Source: an uncultured virus (IMG/VR IMGVR_UViG_3300027798_002855)
Lineage: Duplodnaviria; Heunggongvirae; Uroviricota; Caudoviricetes
Virus record (IMG/VR): IMGVR_UViG_3300027798_002855
Direction: 5' to 3' (one strand)
Length of the DNA stretch: 64,000 nucleotides
In this document: piece after piece, positions 9,416 through 19,531 of the stretch
Layout of the letters: each line of letters opens with the position of its first letter
How positions within the stretch are numbered: the first letter of the stretch is position 1
Program-made: the position numbers and the translations under genes
The notes under the pieces: model-generated
Seen by the model: the letters and a program-made list of their open reading frames with translations, nothing else
The model's database searches: none
Told to the model about the DNA's origin: nothing

Positions 9416-9812
9416 AACAAAGGTAGTGCAGCCAGCAGATATGCACAAAGAAGAAACATATACCCCAACCTCTGGAATGAAGGCAGCAGCACGTCGTGCA
9501 TTGCGCTGGAAAGCCGAGGGTAAAGCCAAAGGGGCAGGAACTCCAGTAGGATGGGGACGTGCAACAGATATTGTTGCTGGTAGAGCAATGTCTCTTTCTA
9601 CCGTAAAAAGAATGTATTCTTTCTTTTCCCGTCATGAAGTTGACAAAAAGGGAAAAGACTTCTATAATAGTAGTAATCCTTCAAATGGTCGCATAATGTG
9701 GGACGCATGGGGAGGGGACGCTGGATTTTCCTGGTCACGTAAAATTGCAGAACGTGAAAGAAATAAAGCAGTAAAGGCCTGGGAAGGTAGCGCATTTAGT
9801 ACTAGGGGGTAG
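9405..9812 (+). CDS. Conserved phage head-associated-type domain protein
   Basis: GTPVGWGRA..LSTVKRMYSFFSRH..WDAWGGDAG. Confidence 0.65.
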   Translation: MESRTKVVQPADMHKEETYTPTSGMKAAARRALRWKAEGKAKGAGTPVGWGRATDIVAGRAMSLSTVKRMYSFFSRHEVDKKGKDFYNSSNPSNGRIMWDAWGGDAGFSWSRKIAERERNKAVKAWEGSAFSTRG

Positions 9813-9815
9813 TAC

Positions 9816-9995
9816 ATGGAAGACTTGGGTATTGAAGAAATTAAACAAATTGTTACTTTCTACAAACAAAGAGCATCAGATTTAGAGTTGTCTAATTTGC
9901 AGTGGCAGTTGAAGTATAACAAACTACTTTTAAATAACTCTCAGCCAGTTACAGCAACAAAGGTAACTGCTGAAAGAAAAACCAAATCTGAATAA
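9816..9995 (+). CDS. Small coiled-coil protein (59 aa, not in ORF track)
   Basis: MEDLGIEEIKQIVTFYKQRASDLE...; GGGG RBS. Confidence 0.65.
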   Translation: MEDLGIEEIKQIVTFYKQRASDLELSNLQWQLKYNKLLLNNSQPVTATKVTAERKTKSE

Positions 9996-10000
9996 TAAAA

Positions 10001-10417
10001 ATGGAATATGGGATTATTGGTGCGTTGGCACTGGCGTTTTCTTTTTTAATTATTTATTGGATTGGTTTGAAAAGAAAAATATCCAATAAAAGAGTTATCT
10101 ATCGTCAAAGTGATACCCATGCATTTTTAAAAGAGTTTTTTTCAAGACAAACATCTCAAACAAAAAAGAAATCTCAACTTGAACAAAGAAAAGAAAGACA
10201 GGGCACAAAAATAATTGTTACAGAAGATGAAGTAGCATATTGGGTATCTGATAATATTTTTTTTAGTACAGAGGTCATTGACGGCAGACCAGATTTTGAA
10301 AACGCAAGACCAGTAGATACTTCAAGTATGTCTAAGAAGGAACTTGACAAAATGCTCTTTATACTGGATAATTTAGGTAGAGGTGATAAGAATGAACGTG
10401 GTAGTTCAGGGAACTAG
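10001..10417 (+). CDS. Hypothetical protein with N-terminal TM anchor
   Basis: ORF track. Confidence 0.7.
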   Translation: MEYGIIGALALAFSFLIIYWIGLKRKISNKRVIYRQSDTHAFLKEFFSRQTSQTKKKSQLEQRKERQGTKIIVTEDEVAYWVSDNIFFSTEVIDGRPDFENARPVDTSSMSKKELDKMLFILDNLGRGDKNERGSSGN

Positions 10418-10742
10418 CGATTTTGATGAATACAATGTATTCCTTCGTGCTATGGGTGTAGCAATGTCCAGCATGAAAGAAGCAGATGAGTATTTCTATG
10501 TTTATTCTGTAGGACCTGCCAGAATTAACTCAATGGTTTCTGAGTTCTGCAATCTGTCAGAACGAGGAATGAAAGCCAGAGGTAAAAAGATAAAGTATTA
10601 CAAGGTGCCATTTTCTTGGGTTGAAGAGAATATGGATGACATGGACTACTTTGCTTTTTTAAGTAAACCAAAACAAACTGTGTCAAAGTTAATCGCAAAT
10701 GCAGAATTAAAAGGTAAAGAAGTGGGGATATTTAGATACTAA
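10392..10742 (+). CDS. Hypothetical protein, possibly SLOG/YspA-like fold
   Basis: N-terminal VVVQGTSDFDEY resembles the G(S/T)RxFxDY start of that family. Confidence 0.45.
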   Translation: MNVVVQGTSDFDEYNVFLRAMGVAMSSMKEADEYFYVYSVGPARINSMVSEFCNLSERGMKARGKKIKYYKVPFSWVEENMDDMDYFAFLSKPKQTVSKLIANAELKGKEVGIFRY

Positions 10743-11695
10743 TGACAACTCAAGATCCAAGATTTTTTTGTTATAAGGAAGAGTATTTTGGCGGTACTGA
10801 ATATATGGCCAGGCATTTTCATAAAAATGTTGCTCCGTATGTTCAACAATTAAAAGAATATAATTGTTTAATTCTTCCAGGTCAAACAGATAGATCATAC
10901 TTTGAACTTGTTTATGAACCTAAAGAAATAATTATATGGCTTCATAATCTTGTTGATCAGTTTGGTTATCAACTCTATTATATATTTACAGATAAAAGGT
11001 TTCTTGCTAAAATAAAATATATTATAACTGTTTCTGAATATCACAGGCAGGATGTAATAAAGAAAACTGGCATAGATCCAGACAAGGTGCTTGTTATATA
11101 TAACGCTATAGATCCAGTAATAAATGATTTATCAAGGTTTGAAAATGTAAAAGTTCCAGAATTAATATACACGTCTTCTCCAGGAAGAGGTTTGGAGATA
11201 GGCCTTAAGGCTCTTTCAGAATTAGATGTTGATTTTAGACTAAGCATATTTAACGAGATTGTTCCAGATTTAATCAAAGCAGACAGTGCTAATAAGAAAA
11301 TCTTAGAAGATCCAAGATTTTACTTTTATGGAAAGACTCCACACAAAACGGTTCTAGATCATATGTCTCGTTCTCATATATTTATGCATACGAGCAGTTG
11401 GCATGAAACATTCTGTCTATCTCTTGTTGAGGGGCTTAGTGCAAACTGTTTATCGGTTTACAGCACATTTGGCTCCCTTAAAGAAGTTGGTAGTGGCTTA
11501 GGAATATCATATGATATAGATGGTAAAACAGAAAAACAACATGTGGAAATCTTTAAAGAAAAGATAACTACAGCAATTGACATGATCAAAAAGGGAAAAT
11601 TTGATCCAGGCAGTCAAGCAGAAACAATAAACAATAAATTTTCCTGGGATGTTTTTAGAAATTCTTGGTTAGATTTTTATGAAAAGAGAATATAA
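10742..11695 (+). CDS. GT-B glycosyltransferase (GT4-like)
   Basis: GGTE, YTSSPGRGL, ETFCLSLVE motifs. Confidence 0.85.
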   Translation: MTTQDPRFFCYKEEYFGGTEYMARHFHKNVAPYVQQLKEYNCLILPGQTDRSYFELVYEPKEIIIWLHNLVDQFGYQLYYIFTDKRFLAKIKYIITVSEYHRQDVIKKTGIDPDKVLVIYNAIDPVINDLSRFENVKVPELIYTSSPGRGLEIGLKALSELDVDFRLSIFNEIVPDLIKADSANKKILEDPRFYFYGKTPHKTVLDHMSRSHIFMHTSSWHETFCLSLVEGLSANCLSVYSTFGSLKEVGSGLGISYDIDGKTEKQHVEIFKEKITTAIDMIKKGKFDPGSQAETINNKFSWDVFRNSWLDFYEKRI

Positions 11696-11905
11696 ATGGA
11701 AATAAAAGATTTAGACTTAATGGAAAAAATAGTTAAAAAGTATAAAAACTTGAGTTGGATTGGTTGGGATGTGGTTGATCGTCGCCCTACCCAGGCTGGT
11801 AGAACCGCTATTAATGGTGTTAGGGTCGGTAGTCAATGGTACGTCCAGACAGCTTATCCAGTAACAACCAAAGGATGGGATATACCGAATAAGTATAGGA
11901 TGTAA
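11696..11905 (+). CDS. Hypothetical protein
   Basis: ORF track, in operon. Confidence 0.65.
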   Translation: MEIKDLDLMEKIVKKYKNLSWIGWDVVDRRPTQAGRTAINGVRVGSQWYVQTAYPVTTKGWDIPNKYRM

Positions 11906-11907
11906 AC

Positions 11908-12189
11908 GTGAAGCAACATTTATGGAAAGATGATGCTTTGTGTTTGGGATCCGAAACAAACCTTTTCTTTGATACATACGAAGAAAATCCAGAAACCAGA
12001 GAGTTCGTAGACTCTTTGTGTCGCACATGCCCCATGGCAAGAAAGTGTTTTGCAGTGGGGGTATCTGGTAAAGAATGGGGAGTATGGGGCGGAGTATACC
12101 TAGAAGATGGCGAGATATCAAAAGAATTTAATAATCATAAGACCAAAAAAGATTGGTCTTACACTTGGCAAGCATTAACAATGGGGTAA
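11908..12189 (+). CDS. whiB: WhiB-family Fe-S transcription factor
   Basis: W..ALC, FF, CxxCP..xC, GVWGG. Confidence 0.92.
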   Translation: MKQHLWKDDALCLGSETNLFFDTYEENPETREFVDSLCRTCPMARKCFAVGVSGKEWGVWGGVYLEDGEISKEFNNHKTKKDWSYTWQALTMG

Positions 12190-12191
12190 GT

Positions 12192-12422
12192 ATGTATACA
12201 GACAATATGCGTAGGGCTTTTCATTCTATACCAGCGCCAAAAAACTTTACTATTTCTATTATTGACAACGAACACTTCATTACGATAAAATTAGATGAAA
12301 GATCTTTTCTGCCTTTAAGTCATGATGAAAAGATAGATGCAGTAAAGTATGTAACATTAGTCAAAAAGGCTTTGGAGATGGAGGGGGCTATCGTAATGGT
12401 AACACGAGAGCCACTAAAATGA
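12192..12422 (+). CDS. Hypothetical protein
   Basis: ORF, ATG after GGGG. Confidence 0.65.
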   Translation: MYTDNMRRAFHSIPAPKNFTISIIDNEHFITIKLDERSFLPLSHDEKIDAVKYVTLVKKALEMEGAIVMVTREPLK

Positions 12423-12550
12423 TTAGATTAATGTTTAAATCTTTAATTTGTATTGCAAAAAATCACAATTATGTTGATTTGGGCAAATGTCCATTTACTG
12501 GCAATAACTATAAAATGTGTACAAGGTGTCAAGAAATGGTAACAAAATAA
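12419..12550 (+). CDS. Small Cys/His protein (43 aa)
   Basis: LICIAKNH...KCPF...CTRC; coupled to neighbours on both sides. Confidence 0.55.
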   Translation: MIRLMFKSLICIAKNHNYVDLGKCPFTGNNYKMCTRCQEMVTK

Positions 12551-13047
12551 TGCAAACATTTTTACCATCATCAAATTTTGCAAGGTGTGCAGAATTGCTT
12601 GATAACAAAAGACTAAACAAACAAATTTTAGAGGGCTATCAGATTCTTAATGTAAATTCTGGCATGTCAAAAACTGGTGGTTGGCGTAATCATCCAGCAG
12701 TTTTGATGTGGAAAAATCATGAGGGGCATTTATTTTATTACATTTCTGAGATGGTCAAAGAGGCAAAACTTCGAGGAATAAATACAACAGGTAATGAATC
12801 AAATATAAATATGCTAATGGGCAAGGTTGGAGATAGCTGGAATTACGATTCACCTTCTTGGATGCTTGACAATAACAAACTTATGCGTGTAATTACAACA
12901 CATAGGGCAAATTTATTTAAAAAAGATCCTTTATATTATGCTAGGTTTCAAAGTTCTATGAATAGTCCTTGGAATAACCCTTGCTGTCCAGATCGCAAAA
13001 CACCGTGTCAATACTACTGGGTAACTCATGAAAGTAGAGTACAATAG
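12550..13047 (+). CDS. Pyrimidine-dimer DNA glycosylase-like (MSMEG_6728 family) protein
   Basis: MQTFLP..LDNKRLNKQ.LE..QIL..GWRNHPAVLMW..HRANL. Confidence 0.85.
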   Translation: MQTFLPSSNFARCAELLDNKRLNKQILEGYQILNVNSGMSKTGGWRNHPAVLMWKNHEGHLFYYISEMVKEAKLRGINTTGNESNINMLMGKVGDSWNYDSPSWMLDNNKLMRVITTHRANLFKKDPLYYARFQSSMNSPWNNPCCPDRKTPCQYYWVTHESRVQ

Positions 13048-13051
13048 GTAT

Positions 13052-13483
13052 ATGGACTTTCTAACATTAATTCTTGGAATTTTTTCTGTATCTTTTGCTG
13101 TTGCATATACACTTTCAGTTTATAGATCAAAAAAATTAACAAAAGCATTTGCAAAACTTTTAATGTCTCAAGCCCAACTAGAGCAGGCACAAGAAAACTT
13201 TTTTAAAACAACAGCAGCAATTAATGATTCTGATGTTCACACTCAAAACTTTATAAAATTTTTATCTGATTCTCGTGATTGGGCATTTCAGTATATAGAA
13301 GAGGTGCAAAATGGTTTACAAAAATTTGTTGAAGAAGTAGAGCCACAGATTAACCATTATAATAGATATGGTGCTGCAATAGAAGGAACTATGCCACCAT
13401 ATGATATTGCTTTGAAAAAAATTTCAAAGGAGATGGAAGATCTTAAAAAGTTTCTTCCAGAAGAAACAATTGATAGACGCTAG
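13052..13483 (+). CDS. Hypothetical protein with TM anchor
   Basis: ORF; FIKFLSDSRDWAF. Confidence 0.7.
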   Translation: MDFLTLILGIFSVSFAVAYTLSVYRSKKLTKAFAKLLMSQAQLEQAQENFFKTTAAINDSDVHTQNFIKFLSDSRDWAFQYIEEVQNGLQKFVEEVEPQINHYNRYGAAIEGTMPPYDIALKKISKEMEDLKKFLPEETIDRR

Positions 13484-13667
13484 AGGAATTCCAACTTGTA
13501 CCTGCCCTAATTGTGGAGGGGTATTGTTTAGAGCCCTTGTATCTTTTGATCCAGAAACCTACACAATAGGAATGTATCATTTAGACATTCAGTGTAATGA
13601 TTGTGGTGCTTTTGCTACTGCCCCAACTCCGACAGATAATCCAACACAAAGCAATGATTCAATTTAA
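13470..13667 (+). CDS. Zinc-ribbon protein
   Basis: CPNC...CNDC. Confidence 0.7.
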   Translation: MIDARGIPTCTCPNCGGVLFRALVSFDPETYTIGMYHLDIQCNDCGAFATAPTPTDNPTQSNDSI

Positions 13668-13821
13668 ATTAAAAACTGCAGAAGAAGTTTATGAATACAT
13701 TTATCCTGTGTGCGAAGTAAAAGATTGTACAACGGAAAGTGAAAAATTGACTTCAACTGAAACAAGATTCGTAGACTTTTGTAAAAAACACTACGAAAAT
13801 TATATTATGGGGGAGATATGA
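13654..13821 (+). CDS. Small Zn-finger-like protein
   Basis: CEVKDC...FCKKH. Confidence 0.6.
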   Translation: MIQFKLKTAEEVYEYIYPVCEVKDCTTESEKLTSTETRFVDFCKKHYENYIMGEI

Positions 13822-13976
13822 AAGAAATCGTAATGTCCGTTTTAACAGGTTTTGGATGTGGCCTAATATTTGCTGCATTCAAATTGCCAGTTCCAGCACC
13901 ACCAGTTTTTGCGGGAGTCGCAGGAATTATTGGTCTTTGGGCTGGTTATGCTATACTAATAAAGGTTCTATCCTAG
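13818..13976 (+). CDS. XapX/DUF1427-like small membrane protein (not in ORF track)
   Basis: GLIFAAFKLPVPAPPVFAGVAGIIGLWAG. Confidence 0.8.
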   Translation: MKEIVMSVLTGFGCGLIFAAFKLPVPAPPVFAGVAGIIGLWAGYAILIKVLS

Positions 13977-13985
13977 GAGGAAAAA

Positions 13986-14240
13986 ATGGAACTTAAAAAA
14001 GAACACAAAGCAATGCTTGCATCCTATGGTCGTTCAGTAGTCGGCGCAGCATCAGCACTTTACGTTGCAGGAGTAACAGATCCAAAGGATCTATGGGCAG
14101 CACTCGTAGGAGCGCTTATACCAGTACTAGCACGTGCAGTTAATCCAAACGATCCAGCATTTGGTCGTATGCCAGCAGCAAAGGCTGTTGAGAAAGCACT
14201 TAGCAAGGCTAAGGCTAAAAAGAAGAAGGCTGCAGAGTAA
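13986..14240 (+). CDS. Holin-like membrane protein
   Basis: SYGRS...NPNDPAFG, basic tail, AGGAGG RBS. Confidence 0.55.
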   Translation: MELKKEHKAMLASYGRSVVGAASALYVAGVTDPKDLWAALVGALIPVLARAVNPNDPAFGRMPAAKAVEKALSKAKAKKKKAAE

Positions 14241-14258
14241 TTAGTTATTCTGTAAAAG

Positions 14259-14288
14259 AAAGCGGGCTTAGAAATAGGCCCGCTTTTT
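14259..14288. terminator. Bidirectional intrinsic terminator between convergent units
   Basis: AAAGCGGGCTTA-GAAA-TAGGCCCGCTTT flanked by A and T runs. Confidence 0.85.
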
Positions 14289-15336
14289 ATTTTAAAGAAT
14301 CAAAAAGTTCTAGATACCTATCTTTAAGAACTTCTACGGAAAAAGATCCAATGCCAATTTCAAGAGCATCACGCTTAACTTGCTGTTTTAGTTTTTTATT
14401 CATGCCAACATAATTATCAATGAGTTTGGCTAATTCTACAGGGTCCGCACCATAAACATCTATGGTAGATTTTGCTCTAAACTCTGTAACCTTTGTTGCA
14501 CCAACAAGCCATTCTTTTGGCAAAACCTGATTATTTGGAGATAGGTCTGTCATAAATACAGGCATTCCACTTATCAAAGCCTCATTCATTGGAAGGCATA
14601 GCCCAGCATATCTTCTTGGTAAAACCATACCATCAAAACCATAATACAGATCCTGTCTATTTTTAACATTTTGATACAGCAAAGATACTCTAGGATCTCT
14701 TGGTTTTCCATCAAATTCGGTTTGAGATGTTATGACTAAGTTGTAATCTTCTTTAGAATATCTTAGCATTTCTAATACAGTGTCTGTTCCATTTCTATCC
14801 CGTGCTGCTTTTTTACCACCCACATGAAGTATTCTGTTATGTACTCTTGACATGTTGTGAGTTCTAGATTTATCAAATAATGTTATTTCAGTTGGTGGTG
14901 GTAGGTGGGCAAGCATGGTCTTATCACTAAAAAGTTTCTGCATTTTTTCAAAGTTCCATAGGCTTGGAGCAAGCAAAACATCTGGAAGCGGGGCATCTTT
15001 TTGTTCTAAATTTAATAAAAATTCATAGTTGTATTGAAGAACAGTCTTCACTCCCATATCCCTTGCTACATCTACAAACAAAGAACTATAAAATGTTTCA
15101 CAAGACAATACAACATCCAGGTCTCTAAGAAAAGAAATGACCTCTCCACGCTTGGGAAATCCTGCACGTGTTACCGTATAATCATAGTCTTGATACCAGT
15201 CAAAATTTTGTTTGTTTTTATTAAAAAAGGTAGAGTTAACAACTAAAACTTTTTTAGGATTTAACATCTTGACAAGTTCTCTAGTCTGAGTACCAAGACC
15301 AGTATTATCTGATCTTGCTATGATTCCTAGTTTCAT
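14287..15336 (-). CDS. GT-B glycosyltransferase
   Basis: TGLGTQ N-terminus, GLCLPMNEAL motif. Confidence 0.8.
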   Translation of the reverse strand: MKLGIIARSDNTGLGTQTRELVKMLNPKKVLVVNSTFFNKNKQNFDWYQDYDYTVTRAGFPKRGEVISFLRDLDVVLSCETFYSSLFVDVARDMGVKTVLQYNYEFLLNLEQKDAPLPDVLLAPSLWNFEKMQKLFSDKTMLAHLPPPTEITLFDKSRTHNMSRVHNRILHVGGKKAARDRNGTDTVLEMLRYSKEDYNLVITSQTEFDGKPRDPRVSLLYQNVKNRQDLYYGFDGMVLPRRYAGLCLPMNEALISGMPVFMTDLSPNNQVLPKEWLVGATKVTEFRAKSTIDVYGADPVELAKLIDNYVGMNKKLKQQVKRDALEIGIGSFSVEVLKDRYLELFDSLK

Positions 15337-16094
15337 TCTTTATACCCCCAGGCTTGATCATCTGAAGTAAATTTACGTGTACCTTTGCGTCCATCTAGGT
15401 GGTAGGATCGTTTGATATTGCCCTCTGGGTGATATATCCAAAGTTTATGAATGTTCCAACCCTCATCGCTGAAACTGTTGTAAGGAAATGAATCGTCTTG
15501 AATTTTTCCATGAAATCTATCTTCTATAAAAGATTTTTCTTGGCAGAATGGCAGAACAACATTTTTATAATAATCTTTTTTAGATAGGTGTGGTCTTTGA
15601 CTCCATTGTGCAGTTTTCATAAAACCATCTTCTAACTCAATCATCAAGTGTTTATGGGGATTTGGAATTGTAGCCTCAAAGTGAAAACGAATAGTATTTG
15701 CTTTACCATATTCAAGCATATCTAAACACTTTTGCCAATCAATTGGTAAGTCTGGTGTTAGTGGAGCATCCCCTTCAACATAAAGAAGAGCAGATGTTTT
15801 AACTTCATCGATTGTTCTAAACATCATTGTGGTTTGATGACAGTGCTCCTCAAAAATAAAAGGTAATACATTTTTGTATTCATGTAAACATTTCCATAAT
15901 ATGCGATTTTTATATTCATCATAATCTTTCTTACGATGTTGTTGTTCTTCTCTAAGACCATCAATCTGCATAATAATTTCATTATCTGGAAAATGAACAC
16001 GAACGTCTTTAATTGTTTGCTCTATCATCTCTGTGCTTGGATGATCTGGAATCACAGAGGTGGCTAGGATAATAGTTACATCATTAATGTTCAT
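15333..16094 (-). CDS. GT-A-like glycosyltransferase
   Basis: YVEGD (DxD-like), HLDGR; position in cluster. Confidence 0.55.
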   Translation of the reverse strand: MNINDVTIILATSVIPDHPSTEMIEQTIKDVRVHFPDNEIIMQIDGLREEQQHRKKDYDEYKNRILWKCLHEYKNVLPFIFEEHCHQTTMMFRTIDEVKTSALLYVEGDAPLTPDLPIDWQKCLDMLEYGKANTIRFHFEATIPNPHKHLMIELEDGFMKTAQWSQRPHLSKKDYYKNVVLPFCQEKSFIEDRFHGKIQDDSFPYNSFSDEGWNIHKLWIYHPEGNIKRSYHLDGRKGTRKFTSDDQAWGYKE

Positions 16095-16941
16095 TTAAAT
16101 GTCTCATTATCTTAAAAGAAAAATCTCTTTTATATTTTAACCACCAGCATACGGCTCTGTGAAGATTTGCTGGATAATCATTCATTAGTTTTTCAAAAAT
16201 GTTAGGCAATTCATTCCAGTCGTAAGTTAACTCTATTGGAACATTTTTGCCATAAACATAATCGTAAAAATTTATTTCTCTGCCCTTCGGATCTTTACGA
16301 TCTCCTATTGGTAAGGTCAACATTTCTATTGCCTCAAAAAACCTAAATGAATCTATTACTTGTGCACCAGATGGGGATGGAGCAACTTTTGCGCTTGCCA
16401 GTTTGCGATAGTACTCTTGTGGTGGATCCCCCTGTGCAAAGCCCTCTGTAGGGCAATATAGGGCGTTTTTGACTGCAGACATGGCCTTGGCTAACTCTTG
16501 TCTGCGTTGATGAGTTATTTGACCACCAAAATAAATATCATAATCTTTAATAGAATAATCAGGCAGGTTATTTTTTAAATGCTGGGGAACTCCAATAAAA
16601 AACCTATTGTATTTTTCGTGTTTTTGGTGCGGGTATTGAATCCAAATGCTTATATTAGGATGCTTAATTGCATCAACATTAAACAAACCTTGCTCATCTC
16701 CAGTTATAAATAATACAACACGATTAAGGTTTGCTAGTTCTTTGTTTATTTGTTCTTCACTACCTGCATTTCCCTGGCCTGGTATTACAACAAAAGCTCT
16801 ATCATCTTTAGGAATGCAGGTAACTAAAATTTCTTCTACACGGTTTCTATTGAATGCTTCTTTAAGCAAGCCGTAATCCCATTTGCCATTAGCAGAATCT
16901 AGTGGATCTGTAGAAAAAATATATACTTTAGATTGATTCAT
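16084..16941 (-). CDS. Exostosin/GT47-like glycosyltransferase
   Basis: FGGQ..R, PSG..DSFRFFEAI..LPI. Confidence 0.65.
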   Translation of the reverse strand: MNQSKVYIFSTDPLDSANGKWDYGLLKEAFNRNRVEEILVTCIPKDDRAFVVIPGQGNAGSEEQINKELANLNRVVLFITGDEQGLFNVDAIKHPNISIWIQYPHQKHEKYNRFFIGVPQHLKNNLPDYSIKDYDIYFGGQITHQRRQELAKAMSAVKNALYCPTEGFAQGDPPQEYYRKLASAKVAPSPSGAQVIDSFRFFEAIEMLTLPIGDRKDPKGREINFYDYVYGKNVPIELTYDWNELPNIFEKLMNDYPANLHRAVCWWLKYKRDFSFKIMRHLNEH

Positions 16942-17641
16942 AAAATAAATGAACCTCATGCTGATAGTCTAAAATTATTTCAGTATATCCTAATCCCTTG
17001 ATCCATTGTCTAAGATTATATAAAGATTCATCCCATTGCTGTAACATAAACTCAGGGTGTCCAGATAGCCAGATCTTTGGTTTGTACTCTCTAAGCACCT
17101 TCTCTGCACCTCCTAGCACCCTCCATTCACTACCCTCTACGTCCAATGAAATAGCGGTAGGTGGCTTAATGCCATGATCATACACACAAGAATCTATAGT
17201 AATTTGACCATAGGCATCTCCTTCAAGGTATAGTTCTTTAAATCCATGTGCTGCCTCAATTACATCATTAACTTCTGGAGGCCATTCATTATAATAAATT
17301 CTTGCAAGATCATTTATTTTATCAGAAGCAAACCCAGGAATACATACCATAGGAAGTTCTAGGTTGTTTGCAGTCCATGTTGCAGGAAAGTGCGACCAAA
17401 CTTTAGGATTTGGCTCAAACAACACCACCTCTGCTCCCCACATTTGACACAGCGCTGGAAACTCTCCTTCTTCAGCACCAACGTAGTAAACAACATCTCC
17501 AGTACCAATGTTCTCAGACATATGCTTTAGTCTTGGTTTTTCCCAACCGTGTGGTTGATACCAGTCTGGTCTATCAGCACGATGCTTTGGTAGTGTTATT
17601 TCAAATTCCCCGTTAATAGTAGCCTTAATCATTTCAGTCAT
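16928..17641 (-). CDS. FkbM-family methyltransferase
   Basis: VGAEEG, FEPNP, LDVEGSE..VL.G. Confidence 0.85.
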   Translation of the reverse strand: MTEMIKATINGEFEITLPKHRADRPDWYQPHGWEKPRLKHMSENIGTGDVVYYVGAEEGEFPALCQMWGAEVVLFEPNPKVWSHFPATWTANNLELPMVCIPGFASDKINDLARIYYNEWPPEVNDVIEAAHGFKELYLEGDAYGQITIDSCVYDHGIKPPTAISLDVEGSEWRVLGGAEKVLREYKPKIWLSGHPEFMLQQWDESLYNLRQWIKGLGYTEIILDYQHEVHLFYESI

Positions 17642-18521
17642 TTTGTATCCATTCCATTAATGATACCTTTGGTATCCATCCAGTTAAATCTTTAAACTTG
17701 GCATTAGACGCAAGAGTTTCTTGCACTTCACCAATTCTTGGCGGGATAAATTTAATATCATTTGAAATCATATTAGCAATATCAAGTATAGCGTAGTTGC
17801 TTCCATACCCAATGTTATATACCTCACCAAATCCATTTTCAACTTCAGATGCAAGTATGTTTGCTTCTATTACGTCTGATATATGAGTAAAATCTCTACG
17901 CTGAGATCCATTACCAACTACTGTTAGTGGTTTTGACTCATGATATTGTTTTAAGAATAGTCCTATTACTGGGGCATACTGTCCTTTTAATGGTTGTCTA
18001 TCTCCATAAACATTAAAATATCTAAGAGATATAGTCTTTAATCCGTAAAGGTTATAATAAACTCTTGCAAGGTTTTCACCAAAAACTTTAGCAGCAGAGT
18101 ATGGAGTTAACGGATCAGGCGATTGGGTTTCTTGGTTTGGAAGCAAAGCCTTTTTACCATAAGAAGAAGATGTGCTTGAATAGATTAGCCTATCTACCTT
18201 ATTAACCCTACAAAGTTCAAGAACATTTGCTGTTCCTACTGCGTTTGATTGAATAGATTTTTTAGGATTTAATATTGCTGGCTGTATTCTTGCATCAGAT
18301 GCTACGTGAAATACGCAGTCAACATCTTTAAAAAGTGATGCAATTAAGTCATAGTCACAAATATCATACTTATAGTTTTGTGCCTTATCATTCCAATAGA
18401 ACTGCTCATGACACTCTGCAGACTCATCATCAATACAAACAACGTCGTGACCAAGACTAATTAACTTATCAACAAGGTTTGAACCAATAAAACCAGCACC
18501 ACCAGTTACTAAATATCTCAT
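17634..18521 (-). CDS. NAD-dependent nucleotide-sugar epimerase/dehydratase
   Basis: TGGAGFIGS, YxxxK, LRYFNVYG, RDFTH. Confidence 0.93.
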   Translation of the reverse strand: MRYLVTGGAGFIGSNLVDKLISLGHDVVCIDDESAECHEQFYWNDKAQNYKYDICDYDLIASLFKDVDCVFHVASDARIQPAILNPKKSIQSNAVGTANVLELCRVNKVDRLIYSSTSSSYGKKALLPNQETQSPDPLTPYSAAKVFGENLARVYYNLYGLKTISLRYFNVYGDRQPLKGQYAPVIGLFLKQYHESKPLTVVGNGSQRRDFTHISDVIEANILASEVENGFGEVYNIGYGSNYAILDIANMISNDIKFIPPRIGEVQETLASNAKFKDLTGWIPKVSLMEWIQND

Positions 18522-19477
18522 TGTATGTTTAATGTTTCTAGTATTGTTGCCCACCTGTGTACATATGTGTGCTCTTGTTTAGTTCTTTCATGCCCAGCAA
18601 GTCTTATACTCTCTCTTGAAAGACCATCTACTAGATACTTATCTATCTTGGTTTTTAGATCTTCAAGATTACCATGTTCATAAAATACAATCTCATTGCC
18701 ATCTTCAAAGTATTCTTCAAGTCCTGTAATGCGAGGGTAGATAGTAAAACCACCACGACCAGTACTTTCAAACAATCTATCACTAGTGTAGTAAGGATAG
18801 TTAAAGTTAATATTTAAACTATCACCTATTGCTATTTTGCTTCTTGCATAAATCCGATTTAAAGCATCTCCACGTACAGTTCCAGTATCTCCATCGCCAC
18901 CAACATGACAAAACCTACTGCCGTAAGTGTCTTTTAAAAAATCTATTAGTTGTGGACGGAATGGATACTCTTTGTGATATCTTTTACTTCCCACGAAAAT
19001 AACATCATGATCGTAATACTTTTTATTATAATCTGAATGAAGATAGCACTCTTTGTCATAAACTCCAGCAGGAACAAAATGACCTTTTACTTTTGTATTT
19101 TTGTTAAACCAATCAGTCATTAGCTTGTCTGTAGCAAAGAAATGTTCTATGTTTGTGTAAAAACCATCATCTTTTAAGTCTTTTTGACGCTCAATACCAA
19201 ACCAAAGATCAAGATGATAAGTCATGGTTGGTATGTTAATCATCTTCAATTCTTGTAAAACTTCAATCATGTCAAAGTGTCCAGGGGTTTTCCAGCCATG
19301 GGTGTGTACCCATATGAATAAATCTGATTCTGATGCCTGGTAAAATATCTCTTTACCTGTTGCTTGACGCTCTTGTAATTTTATTACAGTATGACCCAGA
19401 GACTCCAAAGACGCTGCGTGATGATTCTCACTAGAATATGGAACTTCAAAGTTACCAAGAAAAACAATTTTTGCCAA
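18518..19477 (-). CDS. CgeB-like glycosyltransferase
   Basis: DVIFVG, SDRLFE..G.G, HTYVHR; TTG start after GGAGG. Confidence 0.8.
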   Translation of the reverse strand: MAKIVFLGNFEVPYSSENHHAASLESLGHTVIKLQERQATGKEIFYQASESDLFIWVHTHGWKTPGHFDMIEVLQELKMINIPTMTYHLDLWFGIERQKDLKDDGFYTNIEHFFATDKLMTDWFNKNTKVKGHFVPAGVYDKECYLHSDYNKKYYDHDVIFVGSKRYHKEYPFRPQLIDFLKDTYGSRFCHVGGDGDTGTVRGDALNRIYARSKIAIGDSLNINFNYPYYTSDRLFESTGRGGFTIYPRITGLEEYFEDGNEIVFYEHGNLEDLKTKIDKYLVDGLSRESIRLAGHERTKQEHTYVHRWATILETLNIQ

Positions 19478-19531
19478 TTTTATCCTCCACTGTAAATAAT
19501 TATAGCATGATATACTTGTAATAGGGGTAAA

